Below, in pieces: positions 1-13,623 of a DNA stretch of 64,000 bases. The DNA is from Gnetum montanum. Lineage: Eukaryota; Plantae; Gnetophyta. How positions within the stretch are numbered: position 1 is the first letter of the stretch; every line of letters starts with the position of its first letter. The translations under genes were made by a program, and so were the position numbers. The notes beneath the pieces were generated by a model, which made no database searches, was not told where the DNA came from, and was given only the letters and a program-made list of their open reading frames with translations. Location: NCBI GenBank assembly GCA_015680685.1, contig MNCI01002597.1, forward strand, positions 243,845 through 307,844. The letters run 5' to 3'.

Positions 1-46
1 CTGACATCGCGGCTAACACAAAATGATGATTCATCATACCCCCATG
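1..46 (-). repeat. Start of 3' LTR (36 leftwards) and polypurine-tract region of element A
   Basis: Reverse complement reads CATGGGGGTA|TGATGAATCATCATTTTGTG, the same arrangement as CATGGGGATA|TGATGAG at 19089-19105. Confidence 0.7.
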
Positions 47-1241
47 ATAGAATGAAAACTCATCCTCGAGTAAAGAAGAGGAGGAACAAGTTCTTTACAA
101 CATAACATATTTGGTAGGTATGGTATTATTAACTAACATAATACACTGACTCAAATGAAATAGACATATAGACTCTAAGTGCCCAAGTGTATGGAATTAC
201 AATTTTTACAACATTGGGTCTTCATGAGAAGAGGAGTGAACACCTTGGAGAATATTGACATCCAACACCTCTTGGCAATAGGAGAATGAGAGAGAGAGAG
301 AAGAGATCTTTCGATCATAAATGGTTCTCATTGTGTGGTATTGCTGCATCACCCTTGGTGAAGATAGTCCCACTTCTAGTCTATGCTTGCCACTGTAATC
401 ACAATAGGATCATGAATTAGCATGTAATGTGTAACGCATAACTATTAAATGCATTGTCTCATCGGTGGTTACACTTGACTAGGTTGTGATTATGGTTGAT
501 TCGTTCCTCGAGTAGTGTTAGCAAGAAAGCTTACAAATAGGGTTAATTAAATTAAGTGGTCCATTAAATTTGAAAAAGTTCAATACAAGGAAATATTTGA
601 AGAGGGTATAAGAATTCACAATAATGAAAAGAAAAATTCACTAAAATTGTTGTGAAGATGTGTACACTTGGATGTCATTAATGGGATAAATAGAAAGAAT
701 TTGATTGTGAAAATGTCTAAGGATAAAGAACTTAACTAATCCAACCAAAAGATATGCAAGTGGGTCCTCCCCAAAGAAGGCACAGGCCTTTTATGCCCTT
801 GCATAACTTCAAACTAAAGAGTCTATAGGCTCCATGGATAATTAATGGTTATAGAAGGTTAAGTACAAAAACCTAGAAGTAACTAACTAAGAATTTCAAC
901 ACATCAAACTAGGACATTGAACCAAAACATGAAACTAGCAATGAGGTGGAACATGGAAAGAATAGATGAATAAGAGAGAGTGTATGGAATGGAGTTCCTA
1001 ATTATGGTCACATCAAGTCCCTTGTGGGTTTTGTGGTTAAATAACTTGATAGGATCCACCTTAGTCCAAACCAAAACCAACCACTCTCAATGACTTCGCA
1101 TCAACATTCCAAGACCAATCCATCCCCTGAGACACAATAGTGCTCCCATAGAACAACCATCATTCCAAATTAGAGAAGAAGTAGGAAGTGAGGAAGGGCC
1201 TTAGTTAGAGAAGATAATTCCCATAATCAATGCTTACAACC

Positions 1242-1490
1242 CATTTATTTTGTCTAAGGGGTGTTCTTTGAATTTCCATTGTTGTTTTTTTCTGAAATGG
1301 GAACCACACCATGCAAAGACACATGCATTTATTTTGTCCAAGAGGTATGCTTTGAATCCTTATCTTTTTTCTCTTTTTTTTCCTTGATGAGAACCACACC
1401 ATGTGAGGACATATGCATTTATTTTGTCCAAGGGGTGTACTTTGAATTTCCATCATTTTCTTATGATAACCACATCATGCAAGGACTTAT
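1242..1490. repeat. Imperfect tandem repeat (~85-90 bp unit, ~3 copies) in the 3' non-coding region of element A
   Basis: Recurring CATTTATTTTGTC(C/T)AAG(G/A)GGT..TTTGAAT and AACCACA(C/T)CATG blocks. Confidence 0.75.
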
Positions 1491-2124
1491 TCAACTTCCT
1501 TTATTGATTAGCACATAATGGTAAGAAATTCATGGAAACACACATGCACCTAGGCAAACAAAGGAGTACAAAGAATACCAAATCCCCTTAAAGCCACACC
1601 CTGTTCAAACCTTTGAATCCTTCCCAATTCTAGAAATTGCCAAAGTCACAAATTTATTAAATTTTTATTAGTGAAAAAGGGACTGCACGTTTCCAAAACA
1701 ACAAAATCATAGAGTGTGTGGATAGTGGACTCACTACTTGTTACATGAAAAAGAAATCATGTCCTAATTATCCAAAACGAAATTCAAAGGTAGAAACCAG
1801 ACACCAACAATCAAATAACAAAAATAGTACATACCAGTATTAAGTAACACATAACCAATGTACCTGGCACTTATTAACAAAAATTTAGAAAAGCACATCA
1901 AATAAAAGAAAATATAGAAGTATAAACTATTCAAGAAATATCAGATGTACTAATGATGGTGTAAAAAAATTAAAAAAGATTAATAACATAAAAATAAAAA
2001 GATGTAAAACAAAAAGTTGTAAAATGAAAAATGTGTAAAATAAAAATGTTGAAAAACTGAGGAGTTGCTTAAATGGTTAGCATAGTTGGCCATCTCCCCC
2101 ACGACTAAGTTGAAAGGAAAAGAT

Positions 2125-4605
2125 CTAAAATATGGAGTGTGGTTGTCCATCAGATGAGGTGCTTGTCATGTTAACTAGCATATGCTCATGGAAAGGCTTA
2201 ATTTGTTGGATGTTGACTAGTTGTTTCTTGCTTGGGCTCTTAGGTTTATAGATCATCAAGGCCCTTGAAGGAAAAGTGTTATAAATGATATAAGATCCTT
2301 TCCACAATGTCTAGAACTTAGTTCGTTGAGGTATGTGTGTGGGGTTCTAGAAGATAACCTTATCTCCTGGTTGAAATTTAACTTTTCTAATTTTTAGGTC
2401 ATGATGCTTTTTTTTATAATCCTTGTGCAACTCATTAGATGATAAGGCCACTAATCAATTTTCGTCTAGCAAGTTGAGATTCATTAATCTTTCTTTTTGG
2501 CCTAAACTTAAGTCAAGGTCAAGGTCACAAGCCATTAAAAGCATACGAAGTTCAAATTGAATACGAAGTATTGGTAGTTTGTCGTACGCAAGCTCATAGG
2601 AAGAGTAGCCTATAGAAAGTTTTCAAGTTGAGCGATAGGCCTAAAGGGCATCATTGAGTTTTGTGCTCCAATCCTATTGGTAACCTTAGCTTAACTATTA
2701 GCTTGGGTATGGTAAGGTGTTGTGAGTTTGTGTTCAACCCCTAAGTGTTGCATGCACTTCCGAAAAGTAGTGCTTATAAAATGAATTCCATTATCAGAAA
2801 TCAATGCACGTGGCACACCAAACCTATTTACAAGGTTTTGTTGTACAAATCAAGTAGCAATAGAAGATGTACAGTTAATGATAGTTGTTGCTTCTACCCA
2901 TTTCATACAATAGTCAACAGAAACTATGATGTATGCCTTTCCATTTAACATGGGCATGATGGGACCCATAAAATCAATGTCCCAAATGTCAAATGGTTCA
3001 AATGGTTGAATCCATTATTGAGGTTCCTCTAATTAAGTAGTCATTCCACCATCCTGTTGGCATCATTCACAAGAATAGATGAAAATGGTGAGCATCCCTA
3101 AAGAGTGTTGGTCAATAGTACCCTACCATCAGGATTTTAATGGTCATGCATCTCCTAGCATAGTTTCCTCCACAAGGACCTTCATCAGCATCTTGGAGCA
3201 CATGCAATTGATTAACATCAAGGACACACCAAAAAACTAGGCCATCGATGCACACCTTGTAGAAGTGTCCATTGATCTTTATGAAATGCTTTAACTGGTG
3301 AAGAAACTATTGTTTCCTCTGGTGGTCCAACCCTTATGGAATCTCTTGAGTGAGAAGATAGGTGAGAATGTTATCATACCATTTTTGCTCATTTGACATT
3401 TGTTCATTTATTGCTCTAGTAAAGAGGAGTTCATCAGGAAATGTATCAAATAATGGGCTTTTGTCCTCTTTGTCATCCCATCCCAACTGAGACAACTAAT
3501 CAGCAACCACATTCTCAATGCCCTTTTAATCTACCATTGTAAGATCAAATTCCTGGAAGATCACTAGCCACCGTATGACATGGGGGCTCACCGTTGACTT
3601 GTTCATTAGGAAGTGAATGGCATTGTGGTCTATGTGCACAAACACCTTGTATCCAAGTACATAGTGCCTAAACTTCTCTAGAGCAAACACCATCACCATT
3701 AATTCTTATTTGTAGTGGTGTTGTTCAATTGTGCACCCACAATGCTTCAATTAGCATAATAGTTGTAGTATGGAAATTTCTTATCATCTAACTACATCAA
3801 CATAGCTTCCAAAGCATAATTTGATACATCTATCATGATATGAAATGGTCTAGACCAATCAGGTGCTTGTAGAATTAGAGTTTCCACAAGCTTTTCTTTC
3901 AGTTGCTGGAATGCTTTTTCACATTCCACACAAAAGGAGCATCTTTCTTGGTTAGTTTGACCAACGGTTTTGTGATCTTAGAGAAATTCTCTATGAAATG
4001 CTAGTAGTAGCTAGTGTGTCCAAGGAATGATCGAATGTCTTCAACTATTTCCGACTGTAAAGTTATTCCTTGGATGACCCTTATTTTTTCAAGGTCCACC
4101 TTAATTCCTGCTTGCAAAATTTTGTGCCCCAATACAATGCCCTCTTGGACCATGAGGTGACTTTTCTACCAATTGAGCCATAAGTTAGTTTCCACACATC
4201 ATTTTAGCACTTGCTCAAGGTGGTCCAGGGCTTGATCAAATGTAGCTCCATAGGTGGAGAAGTCATTCATGAAGACTTCTACACCACTATTGATCTACTG
4301 TTAAAAGATGCTTAGGACCAAGCATTGAAATGTGGCAGGGGCATTACATAGATCAAATGACATCTTATGATATGCAAAAGTCCCCCAGGGACCTATGAAT
4401 GTTGTCTTTACTTGGTCCTTCGATGCAATTTGAATTTGGTTATAACCACTATAACCATCTAGGAAGGTGTAGTAACAATACCCTAATATTGTGTTGAGCA
4501 CCTAGTCAACAAATGGTAACAAAAAGTGATACTTGAATGTTGCCATATTTAGCAACCTGAAATTGATGCAGACCCACCACTTAATACCTTTCTTTGGTAC
4601 AATTA
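2125..4605 (-). pseudogene. Gypsy pol remnant (RT, RNase H, integrase) of element A
   Basis: Minus-strand motifs VIVPKKG..VCINFRLLN, FLDGYSGYNQI, NAPATFQ, VEVFMNDF, RSFLGH, WDIDFMGP and the C-terminal WKGSY. Many stops and frameshifts. Confidence 0.92.
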
Positions 4606-4609
4606 CCTT

Positions 4610-6872
4610 GGGAGGTTTTCGACAAAATGATGTTCCTCCCATTGACTTCGGTCAAGGGGTTGTGTATCAGAACCTTCACTCAACTATCCATAACATGGAT
4701 TCTAGTACCGATGAATACAAAGGATCCAAAAAAGGAACACGAATGCATGACAAAGATGGACATTCTAATTGTAACCACGATCGAGGTCACGACCACCGAA
4801 GAGAAGCTAGCAGGCACTGTAATGATGCCAGTCCTCCTTCCTCTTCACCTTCATCATCTCCTTCTCCCTCTCCTTCAAGATTGGAACACAATTGCAAAGG
4901 AAAAGACCCTGAGGATAATGGTAGGTGAAACAGGAATAATAGACAAAACAGTTGAGAAAGGGAATGAGGGCATTCTAGAGAACACATCAAGAAAGGAGGG
5001 AGAGTAGGGATTAGCATAGGCATCATAGACGCCATAGATAGTACAATCACGATGAACNTGAGGGAGAGTAGGGATTAGCATAGGCATCATAGATGCCATA
5101 GATAGTACAATCACGATGAACCCCTACTCGCTACTTGAAGTATGCTAGATATAACTGAGGTCGTTAGGATCCCAACAAGGCACCAAAAGGATAGTAGGAT
5201 CAAAAGATTAGACATGAACAATATTCCATAATTTGAAGGGGGAACAACGTTGATCCTCAAAATCGTCTACAGGCATTCTATGATGCATGTGCCTTGCAAA
5301 ACATAGAAAATGAATGGCAAAAACTAAAGTTGTTTCCACGGACATTCATCAAAGAAGTAAAAAGTTGGTACAAATCCTTAGAACTAAAATTCATTCATCG
5401 ATGGAGTACCATGTTAGAACTATTCAACGATAAGTATCAAACATACTCCGAAGTGTCCAACCTACGTAAGCAAATCCAGGGATGGAAATAAGGAGGACAC
5501 GAACCCTTGGATGCTACCATGGGCCGATACTATGCATTATTACATCGTTGCCCTGGCCATGGTTACTCGTAGAGGGAACAACTACGCCATTTCATAGATG
5601 GGTTTAGGCATGAAACATGAAGAACCCTTGGGACTTATGCCCAAGGAAGACTCTCCGAGCTTAGAGCCCATCAAGTACAGAGATTGTTGGAGCAAGTTGC
5701 CAAGGAGGAAGGTGAGTTAAGAAAAAGAGAAAGTGCAAAAGAGTACAACAAAGATCCTTCCCTCCGAAAGAAGGGAGTTAGATTTTGTGAGGATGAAGAA
5801 GAGTCATCACTTGAAGAGATGGTGGATAGAAAAAATTTTCCCATTCAAAAATTTGCATCAGAAGTATCGGCAAAGGTAGATCATATGTGGGACTCCCTAG
5901 ATAATAAATTCTAGACCATTCTCAAAATAGTAGAGGAGTCTAGAGAGTAGGGTAGTGATTGAGAAAGGAGAAAAAACAAAGAAGTTGAATATGCACGTAA
6001 CAAAGGTAAGGGCAAAGTTGCCATCATTGAAGAGGTTGTGGATTTGGATACTAACAATGATGGTGGATGTGAGATATGCCAATATGACCATCCTAAAGAA
6101 TGTTACCCAGTAATCTCACATCTGCAGGAGTATAGGGTGTATGCACTAAACCCACAATTAAATGGACAGCAAACACCCTGAAGGTTACCTTATCCTCAAG
6201 GTAACCCAAGGCAGTTCCACCAACCCTTGATGTATTCTCCGAGTGAAACTCCACCACAGCCAAATGAACAATATCAACAGTGGAAACACCCATAATCATC
6301 AGGAATGCCACCACCATGTCAACAGCACCCTTACATCAACCTGACCTATATGGATACTGCGTGCAATAGCCGATCTCTCCACGTGACTCCACTAGTAACG
6401 TCACTCCTTAGCCTCACTAGCAAACCCACAAGTACTATAGAACTCCTTCTCCTAGGGGAGATGTTCCACAAACGTACTATCCTTCTCATTCGACTATACC
6501 TCTTCCACCCTTAGCTACATTACCACCTGATCCAACTATGCAGGATGAGCTCCCTGCCTAGCCGCAGCAATGTAACACTACAAGGGCTATCAACCCTCAA
6601 CCTACTATTAGTTCAGACAACTGCACAAATAAGAGATCCTTCTTTAGAACCAATAGTCCAACCAAGTCCTTGCAACTACAAGCAGCTAATTCTCCAAAGG
6701 CCTCACCATCATTCAAATCTTCGGAGCCTCCTTCGAACCAAAGACCATACTTAACACACACGGTCATGTTGACTCATGCCATTACCGACTGGATTAAAGC
6801 TAGCTATCTTCCTAGGAAATTCTCTGATCTTGGAAGTCCTCTTATATATTTGCAAATCGCTAGAAAAGAGCC
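4610..6872 (+). pseudogene. gag and start of protease region of element B
   Basis: KLKLFPRTFIKEVKSWYKSL...W..M...F..KY retrotransposon gag motif, degenerate Zn knuckle CEICQYDHPKEC, and LPRKFSDLGSPLI typical of the pre-protease region. Confidence 0.8.
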
Positions 6873-8046
6873 TGTTGATGTCAACACTCCCATGCTCACA
6901 TGGGGCCATGATTATCAACATTTCTATTTCTCTCCCTTAATAACCATGATAAAAATCATCCGAGTAGTGGGCATTTAAACTGCCAAATGGTGGTCATTAA
7001 TGGTACTGGTTATGATCATTAGTGGTAAATGTTTCAAAAGGTACGGTGATTCTAGTCATTAATGATGGTAGTTACAATCATTAATGATGGTAGTTACAGT
7101 CATTAGTCGTAAACATTTTAAAAGTTACAGTAACTATGATCATTAATGATAGCAGTTACGATCATTAATGATGGTAGTTACAGTCATTAGTGATAAATGT
7201 TTTAGAAGTTACGGTAATTATGGTCATTAATAATGGCGGTTATGGTCATTAGTAGCAGACGTTTCAGAAGTTATGACGATTACGGACATAAGTGGGCACT
7301 TAATTGGAGAATGTGCGAGTTATTACATAAGAAGTGGTGGTGGTTTTTGTAGCCGTTACATGAAATGTACACAACATTATGAATGGCCACAGCGGCTATA
7401 AAATGGAGTCTAGAGGGAGGCTCTTGGATCATGGGGAGGAGAGTTCCCAAAAATAAGCTCTGGTTATCAGTCTGAAGGGGCAACTTCCTCTCCACTAAGC
7501 AGTAGTTTCCTCTTTTCTTTTCTTTTCTTTACAGGCTTCTAGTTGATCTTCGAGGAGGGTCCAAGGCAAGAGCCAGCAACTCAAAATCAGATCTTTGCGG
7601 GTCTTCTTGGCGACGATAGGAGCTTGTCATGATGGTGCAAACGTGGGTGAACGATCTTCCTCTCTACGGCAATGCACAAAAGATGGCAAATGACAACAAG
7701 CTTTAAGAACTACAGTTGCTACCCTGTGTGGACTACAGTGGGTAGTCTCTCTCTTTCTCTTTCTCTCTCTCTCCCTCTCTCATGGTGATCACAATCTTCC
7801 TGCCCAGCAATGTTAGCGGGACTAAGGAAAATTCAGTTCTTTTAATCACTTATTGTATTGGAGACAATTATTTAATTTAAATTCTAGATCTCTTTCTAGT
7901 TTATTATTTGCAAAAGGCCACGTAGCCCTCTCCAACTCAGACTATTCCTAAGTTTCTGTACCCATACGGGAGGCGCCCTAGGCAATAGTCACCTAAAATG
8001 AGTTTTCTTCCCTAGTGTTGGTGTGACCAAAATTTATGCATCAACA
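6873..8046 (+). repeat. 5' LTR of element T (1174 bp)
   Basis: Terminal inverted repeats TGTTGATG...CATCAACA, TATA-like CTATAAAA near 7395, and colinear with the copy starting at 12642. Confidence 0.92.
6991..7283. repeat. Composite tandem array (21-bp and ~39-bp subunits) inside the T LTR
   Basis: Repeated (G/A)TCATTAATGATGGTAGTTAC and TCATTAGTG.TAAA..TTT.A.AAGTTA units. A second copy lies at ~12760-13030. Confidence 0.85.
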
Positions 8047-8052
8047 CCTTTT

Positions 8053-8069
8053 TGGTGCTAGAAGGAGGG
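8053..8069 (+). other. Primer-binding site complementary to plant tRNA-Asn
   Basis: TGGTGCTAGAAGGAGGG versus the tRNA-Asn(GUU) 3' complement TGGCGCTAGAAGGAGGG as recalled (1 mismatch), 6 nt after the LTR end. Confidence 0.8.
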
Positions 8070-8781
8070 CCCTTCTCCCACTTTTTGTTTATTAGCTTAT
8101 CTTGTCATTTTTCTAGCCATTGTTATCTCATTTTCTAAAATATTTATTTTCTGTCCTTTTCTAGTGCCTATTTTTATTTTTCAAAAATTCCATTTTCCTT
8201 ATTTCAAACTTGTTTTATTTAAAATTTTTGTTTTCAGCCATTGTCTTGAAAAATCATTTTAGAGAATTTTTTAGCCCTTTATTTCTTATTCTCAGAAGTT
8301 TGTTTCTTAAAAACTTTTAGGTCTCATCACCCATTTTTCTTTAATCTTTTTCCTTCTTTTTTTTAAATCCTTGTTTCCAATCCCATTTTCAAATCTGTGT
8401 TTTGGGGGTCCTTAGCTTAGTCCTAGGTTAGGTGAGGTGGTTTTATTTGATTATGCAATTTTAAGTTTATTTTTCTAAAATCTTGCATTTTACTATTTCC
8501 CTTTTTAATTTTATAAGTACTGCAATTTTATACATTTATTTTTCTTTTCAAAAAAAAATATAGCATATTTTAGTGTTTTTCTTTACCAAAAAATTATTAT
8601 TTCAGTATTTTTTTTCTTTTACGCAATTTTATAGTTTCATTCTAACAATTATATTTTATAATTTTGTTTCATGAGTGAACTCTCCTCTGCTTCTAACCGA
8701 CCAATCACTCGTCTCTTCACATTAAGGAAATAATGAGCCTCACGTTTTCCAAGTTTTATTCCTAGGAGAGCCCAGACTAGG

Positions 8782-11335
8782 ATGGCAGCCAATCAACCCT
8801 TGGCTCCCTTGGTCAGTAACCCCTTTAACTTTACTAACTACGACGACATCCCAAAGTCACTCCAAAACATAAATTTTTTCTACAAACCCACAAACCCTTC
8901 TAGTGATGCCCGCCAACATATACAATGTTTTGAAACATTACTAGGCATCTACAACATTGTCCAAAATGATGTGGCATGTAGGGTATTTGTGACAACTTTC
9001 AGAACCAAAGCAACCCGATGGTTTCTGATGCTCCCCAATGCCTCTATTAACTCATGGCAGGAGTTCAAAAATAAGTTTTTGATCCAATTTGACAAATTCA
9101 CAAGCCTGACCATAGCATCTAGCAACTTCACTAGCTTAAGAAAGCTACCTGGGGAAAATGTCAAGGATTACAACCTGAGATTCCTTCACCAATTGGCCTA
9201 TGTGCCAAGTAAGATGTGTCCATAACCCAATGGAATCCTCAACTTTTACCTCTCTACCATTGACCCATTTTTTGCTTATGCCATCAAATTGGACCCAAAC
9301 ATAATAGAAATATAAGAAGCAATGGCTAAAGCTATGGAGTTAGAACAAATAACCCTTATGAATAACATTCAAACTCAATTTGGAATGATGAGCGTTACCA
9401 ATCCTATGCAACATAGTCCTCTACCTCTACCAACTTTCCCAATGACCAACACTATGTTCCAAACTCCCATTCCCCTTCAAATGACTCAACCTACAAATAG
9501 CTATGTTCAAGGTTCCACATCTTCTCCATTCCTACCATCTAACACTAGTTTGAATGAGGATCAATCAAAGCCCTTAGTTCAGTCCATCATAAAACCCAAA
9601 CAAGGTATCTAATCCTACTGAACCCCCAACTCAAACTTAAGATCAAAGGACCTAGATATTAACTTCACTTCAAAAACTTTCTAATGAAGTAGTTGAACTA
9701 AAGCAAAACAACAACAAGGATCCTATACAACCATAAAAGCCTAGTTCATTAGTCAGTGACAATTATTGTCACCTCCATAACACTAGGCAACATTCTGAGA
9801 AGACTTGTCCTCAATTTTTAGCATTAGATGACGACAACACCCAAGGTTAACAAAAGGGGAAACCTCCTATTATGGTCTTTAATGTACCTCATGAAATAGA
9901 AAATGAAGAGGTTTCCTCATTGGAGCAAGTTATGGTAAACAACCCCAACCCACCTAACGCTTGCTACCATAGACTTACTAACATTATGAACAACCTACAA
10001 CAACCAACTAGAAATGAAAGAGCTCCTACATACACTCCTCCAAATAAAAGAGCTCCTAGTCAAAGTAACATAAATACTCAAACTGAGTCATCCCAAACAA
10101 ACACCCCACAACAACCAAATCCACCTTCTATACTTAGAAGAACTCGACATCAACAAGAAGTCCAAGATGAACCTAAGACTTACAATCTAGTTGAGGATTT
10201 TAAGAAAACCAAAGCTAACATCTCAATGTATGACCTTTTACAATTTAATAAAATGAAAGAGGTGATTCAAGAGATAATTCGTAGACCATAAACCAATAAA
10301 GGAAAATCCCCAAACCCTGAAAGGAAAATTCACTTCACTAAAAGTCCTAACACATCATNGATGGGTCCAATGTACTTGTAGTAGGATCATTAAAAGGAGT
10401 AAAAGTACAACTTAAACAATACCCTACATTCACATGTTACACTAATATCCTAGTAGTTGACATGTTTCCCACCTATGATGTGCTCTTATCTAGGACTTTT
10501 GGAGCCAAGTTTGGGGGCTTCTTTAGGTCAGATTTCTTAGAGCTATTAATCCCTATCAAAGGAAAATATGAATACATGACTATAACTAGAGAACCCTTCT
10601 ACAAACAAGTAGTTACAGCCTTGGATCAACAAAATCAATCTTTGGAAGATCAAAACAGTAATCTGTATGTTGAGGTTATTGAGGTTGAGCGTAGTGAAAC
10701 ATGTTGAAAATGACTATGTGAGTGGAATTAGAAAAATAAATCCTGTCTCTCATGTAGATTCTACCCAATCCTATCAAAGTTCTAAAGAAGGTGAAGAAAT
10801 CTATGGAGACACCTTGCCTTATCAACAGCACGATAGATTTTGTCTAAGTGATCCACCACCTTTAGGGGAAGGTAAATATGTAAGTAAAACCCTACCTCTT
10901 AAAACATTTAAAGGTGTGCTAAATTTTAACGACAAATCCATTGAACATTCTCCTAGAAAGGCTATATTTGATGACCCACCAAGACCTAAACCTATCATTG
11001 AAACTTATACAAAACAAAAACTGTATAAAAAATTATCAAGCAAGTTAAGATTAGGTCTTGATTTTTGTAATCTTAAGCATCAACAAATTGTTAAACAATG
11101 TCTTGATCGGAAGTATGTTTGTGAAGTCTTTAAGATCGGAGACCTAGTCTCAGAAAAAGGTAGAACATTTGACCAAGCAAATCTTCAAAGTAAGTTCTCT
11201 CCTATGTGGTCAAGCCCATTTTGAATTAACGACATTATTGGCCCCAATATGTTCAAGGTTGCTGATGTGCAAGGACATAAGTTACCTAGAAATTTTAATG
11301 CATTTCATCCAAAGCATTTCTACTCAAGTGCCCCG
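8782..11335 (+). pseudogene. gag, protease remnant and integrase C-terminal remnant of element T (RT/RH/INT core absent)
   Basis: gag motif HIQCF..DVACRVFVTTF...A..WF..LP..SI.SW.E....F...F, Zn knuckle CHLHNTRQHSEKTC, protease tail VVDMFPTYDVLLSR, then FKIGDLV...KFSPMWSSPF (GPY/F-type region). Confidence 0.8.
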
Positions 11336-12641
11336 TGTGAACACTTGGTAGATCTTTAGTTGCATGTTTTCTTCCTCTTCGTCATGCATTTCATTTGTAT
11401 ATAGTTGCATTTGCATATTTTCTTTGCATTCCCATTATTTCTTTCTTGGCATATTTTTTTGATTTTTTTCTTTGCATATGATTTTAATAATCATTATGGT
11501 CTTTTAAGTTACTAGGCGTTGGGTCATCAGAGGACCATTGAAAATAATTTTAGTATAATGCTTTATATAATATTTCCTAGTACTATTACATAAAATCTCT
11601 CTTATACTATATATTTCAATAATTCTTCGATTCTTCCTAGTCTTTTTCAAGGTTTTTGTTTCTATAGTTATGTTGGATTATGGAGCATGAGATTTGTGCT
11701 AACTTATCATGCAATGATCATGATCATGTGAGTGTAGGATCAATGATGTTGGAGAAGGGTTAGCCATAATCACTAGGTGATCTTGGAAAACCCCATTTTC
11801 CCTCTCATAAGCCCTAGCCCTCAAGTGTGATGATCCATAGGTACCTTGTGAACAACGGGGTGAAGAGTGTTCATCTCCACTTGAGAACCTTTAGCCAACC
11901 AAGAGACCTGCTATGATGCTATCAAATTGCAATTAAAGGCACATACACGAGGGTTGAACTGCACCATGTGCAAATTTTCCTCAAAAAGAAAAAAAAAAGG
12001 GAATGAGGACAGTGTTCATTGGCAGTGCAGCTAATCGGCCAGACTCGTGTTAGAATTCCTACCTTAAGAATGAAGTACACCATGGGCAAATTTTCCTCAA
12101 AAAGAAAAAAAAGGAATGAGGACCATGTTCATTGGCAATGTAATAAGTTCTTAAGTGTGATGGGGTCCGGCAGCTATCCTAACCCTAACCTCCATTTCCC
12201 CTTTTGAACCTATTTTCAAAAAAAAACAAGGTTCCAATGAAAAATCTGAAAGTTGTGACTAGCCACAATCTAATATGAGCATGTCCTCCTCATTAAGTTT
12301 AGTATGGGTCTTGTGCTCAAAGTAGTCTGCATGCTATTGACTTTTACTTTGTAAGAAGATTGGGAAAGAAATCATAACTATATTTTAATTATATATAGAT
12401 ATATGTATTTAAAATAATAAAATTATGTATTTAGAGTTTAATTAAATAAGATGGTGTGGTTTGGGTGGCCCACGTTTAGTTATTTTTTGATTATATGGTT
12501 ATTTTAATCATATTTAGTTTACTTTTAAGTTTCCATTTACTTGTTTTGTGATGTTTGTAATTCCTTATTTATTGCATCATTTTAAAATTTTTGTGGTCTT
12601 GTTCCTTGCACTGGCATGCAATTAAAAGTTTGGGGGCTAAG

Positions 12642-13623
12642 TGTTGATGTCAACACTCCCATGCTCGCTTGGGGCCATGATTATCAACATTTCTATTTCT
12701 CTCCCTTAATAACCATAGTAAAAATCATGCGAGTAGTGGGCATTTAAACTACCAAGTGGTGGTCATTAATGGTAGTGGTTACGATCATTAGTGGCAAACG
12801 TTTCGGAAGTTACGGTGATTCTAGTCATTAATGATGGCAATTACAGTCATTAGTGGTAAACGTTTTAAAAGTTATGGCAAATACAATCATTAATGATAGT
12901 AGTTATGGTCATTAATGATGGAAATTACAGTCATTAGTGATAAACATTTTAGAAGTTATAGCAATTACAGTCATTAATGATGGCGGTTATGATCATTAGT
13001 AGCAAATGTTTCAGAAGTTATGATGGTTACAGACATAAGTGGGCACTTAATTGGAGAATGTGGGAGTTATTACACAAGAAGTGGTGGCAGTTTTTGTAGC
13101 CATTACATGAAATGTACGCATCATTATGGATGGCCATAGCAGCTATAAAATGGAGTCTAGAGGGAGGCTCTTGGATCATGGGGAGGAGAGTTCCCAAAAA
13201 TAGGCTCTGGCTATCAATCTGAATGGGAAGCTTCCTCTCCACTAAGCAACAGTTTCCTCTTTTCTTTTCTTTTTTTTTACAAGCTTCTAGTTGATCTTCA
13301 AGGAGGGTCTAAGGCAAGAGCCAAAAGCTTAAAATTGGATCCTTGAAGGTCTTCTTGGTGATGGTAGGAGCTTGTCAAGGTGGTGCAAACGTGGGTGAAT
13401 GATCTTCCTCTCTACGGCGATGCACAAAAGGCGACAAACGACGGTAGGCTTTCAGAATTGCAGTTGCTACCTTGTGTGGACTGTAGTGGGCAGTCTCTCT
13501 CTTTCTCTTTCTCTCTCTCTCTTCCTCTCTCGTGGTGATTGCAGTCTTCCTACCTAGCAATGGATAACATTGGTAGTCATGAACCAGCAACATCAACAGG
13601 ACCAGGGAAAATTTAGTTCTNCA
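12642..13623 (+). repeat. 3' LTR of element T (last ~200 bp lost at the N at 13621)
   Basis: Preceded by PPT AAAAGTTTGGGGGCTAAG, colinear with the 5' LTR, and ends in CA plus TSD after the N. Confidence 0.88.

Larger units (their letters stand above)
6873..13623 (+). mobile_element. Non-autonomous Ty3/gypsy element T (Tat-like, tRNA-Asn PBS) with two LTRs, inserted in the protease of B
   Basis: 5-bp TSD GAGCC at 6868-6872 and 13624-13628. LTRs begin TGTTGATG at 6873 and 12642. The host frame rejoins as ..RKEP|CKALLDSGSGVNL. Confidence 0.9.

Noticed and set aside
4996-5122. ~62-bp direct duplication in gag of B
   Set aside because: Centred on a single N (5058), typical of an unmerged contig overlap.
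6991-7283. Regularly spaced repeats superficially like a CRISPR array
   Set aside because: Degenerate tandem units without unique spacers, inside a plant LTR, with no cas genes.
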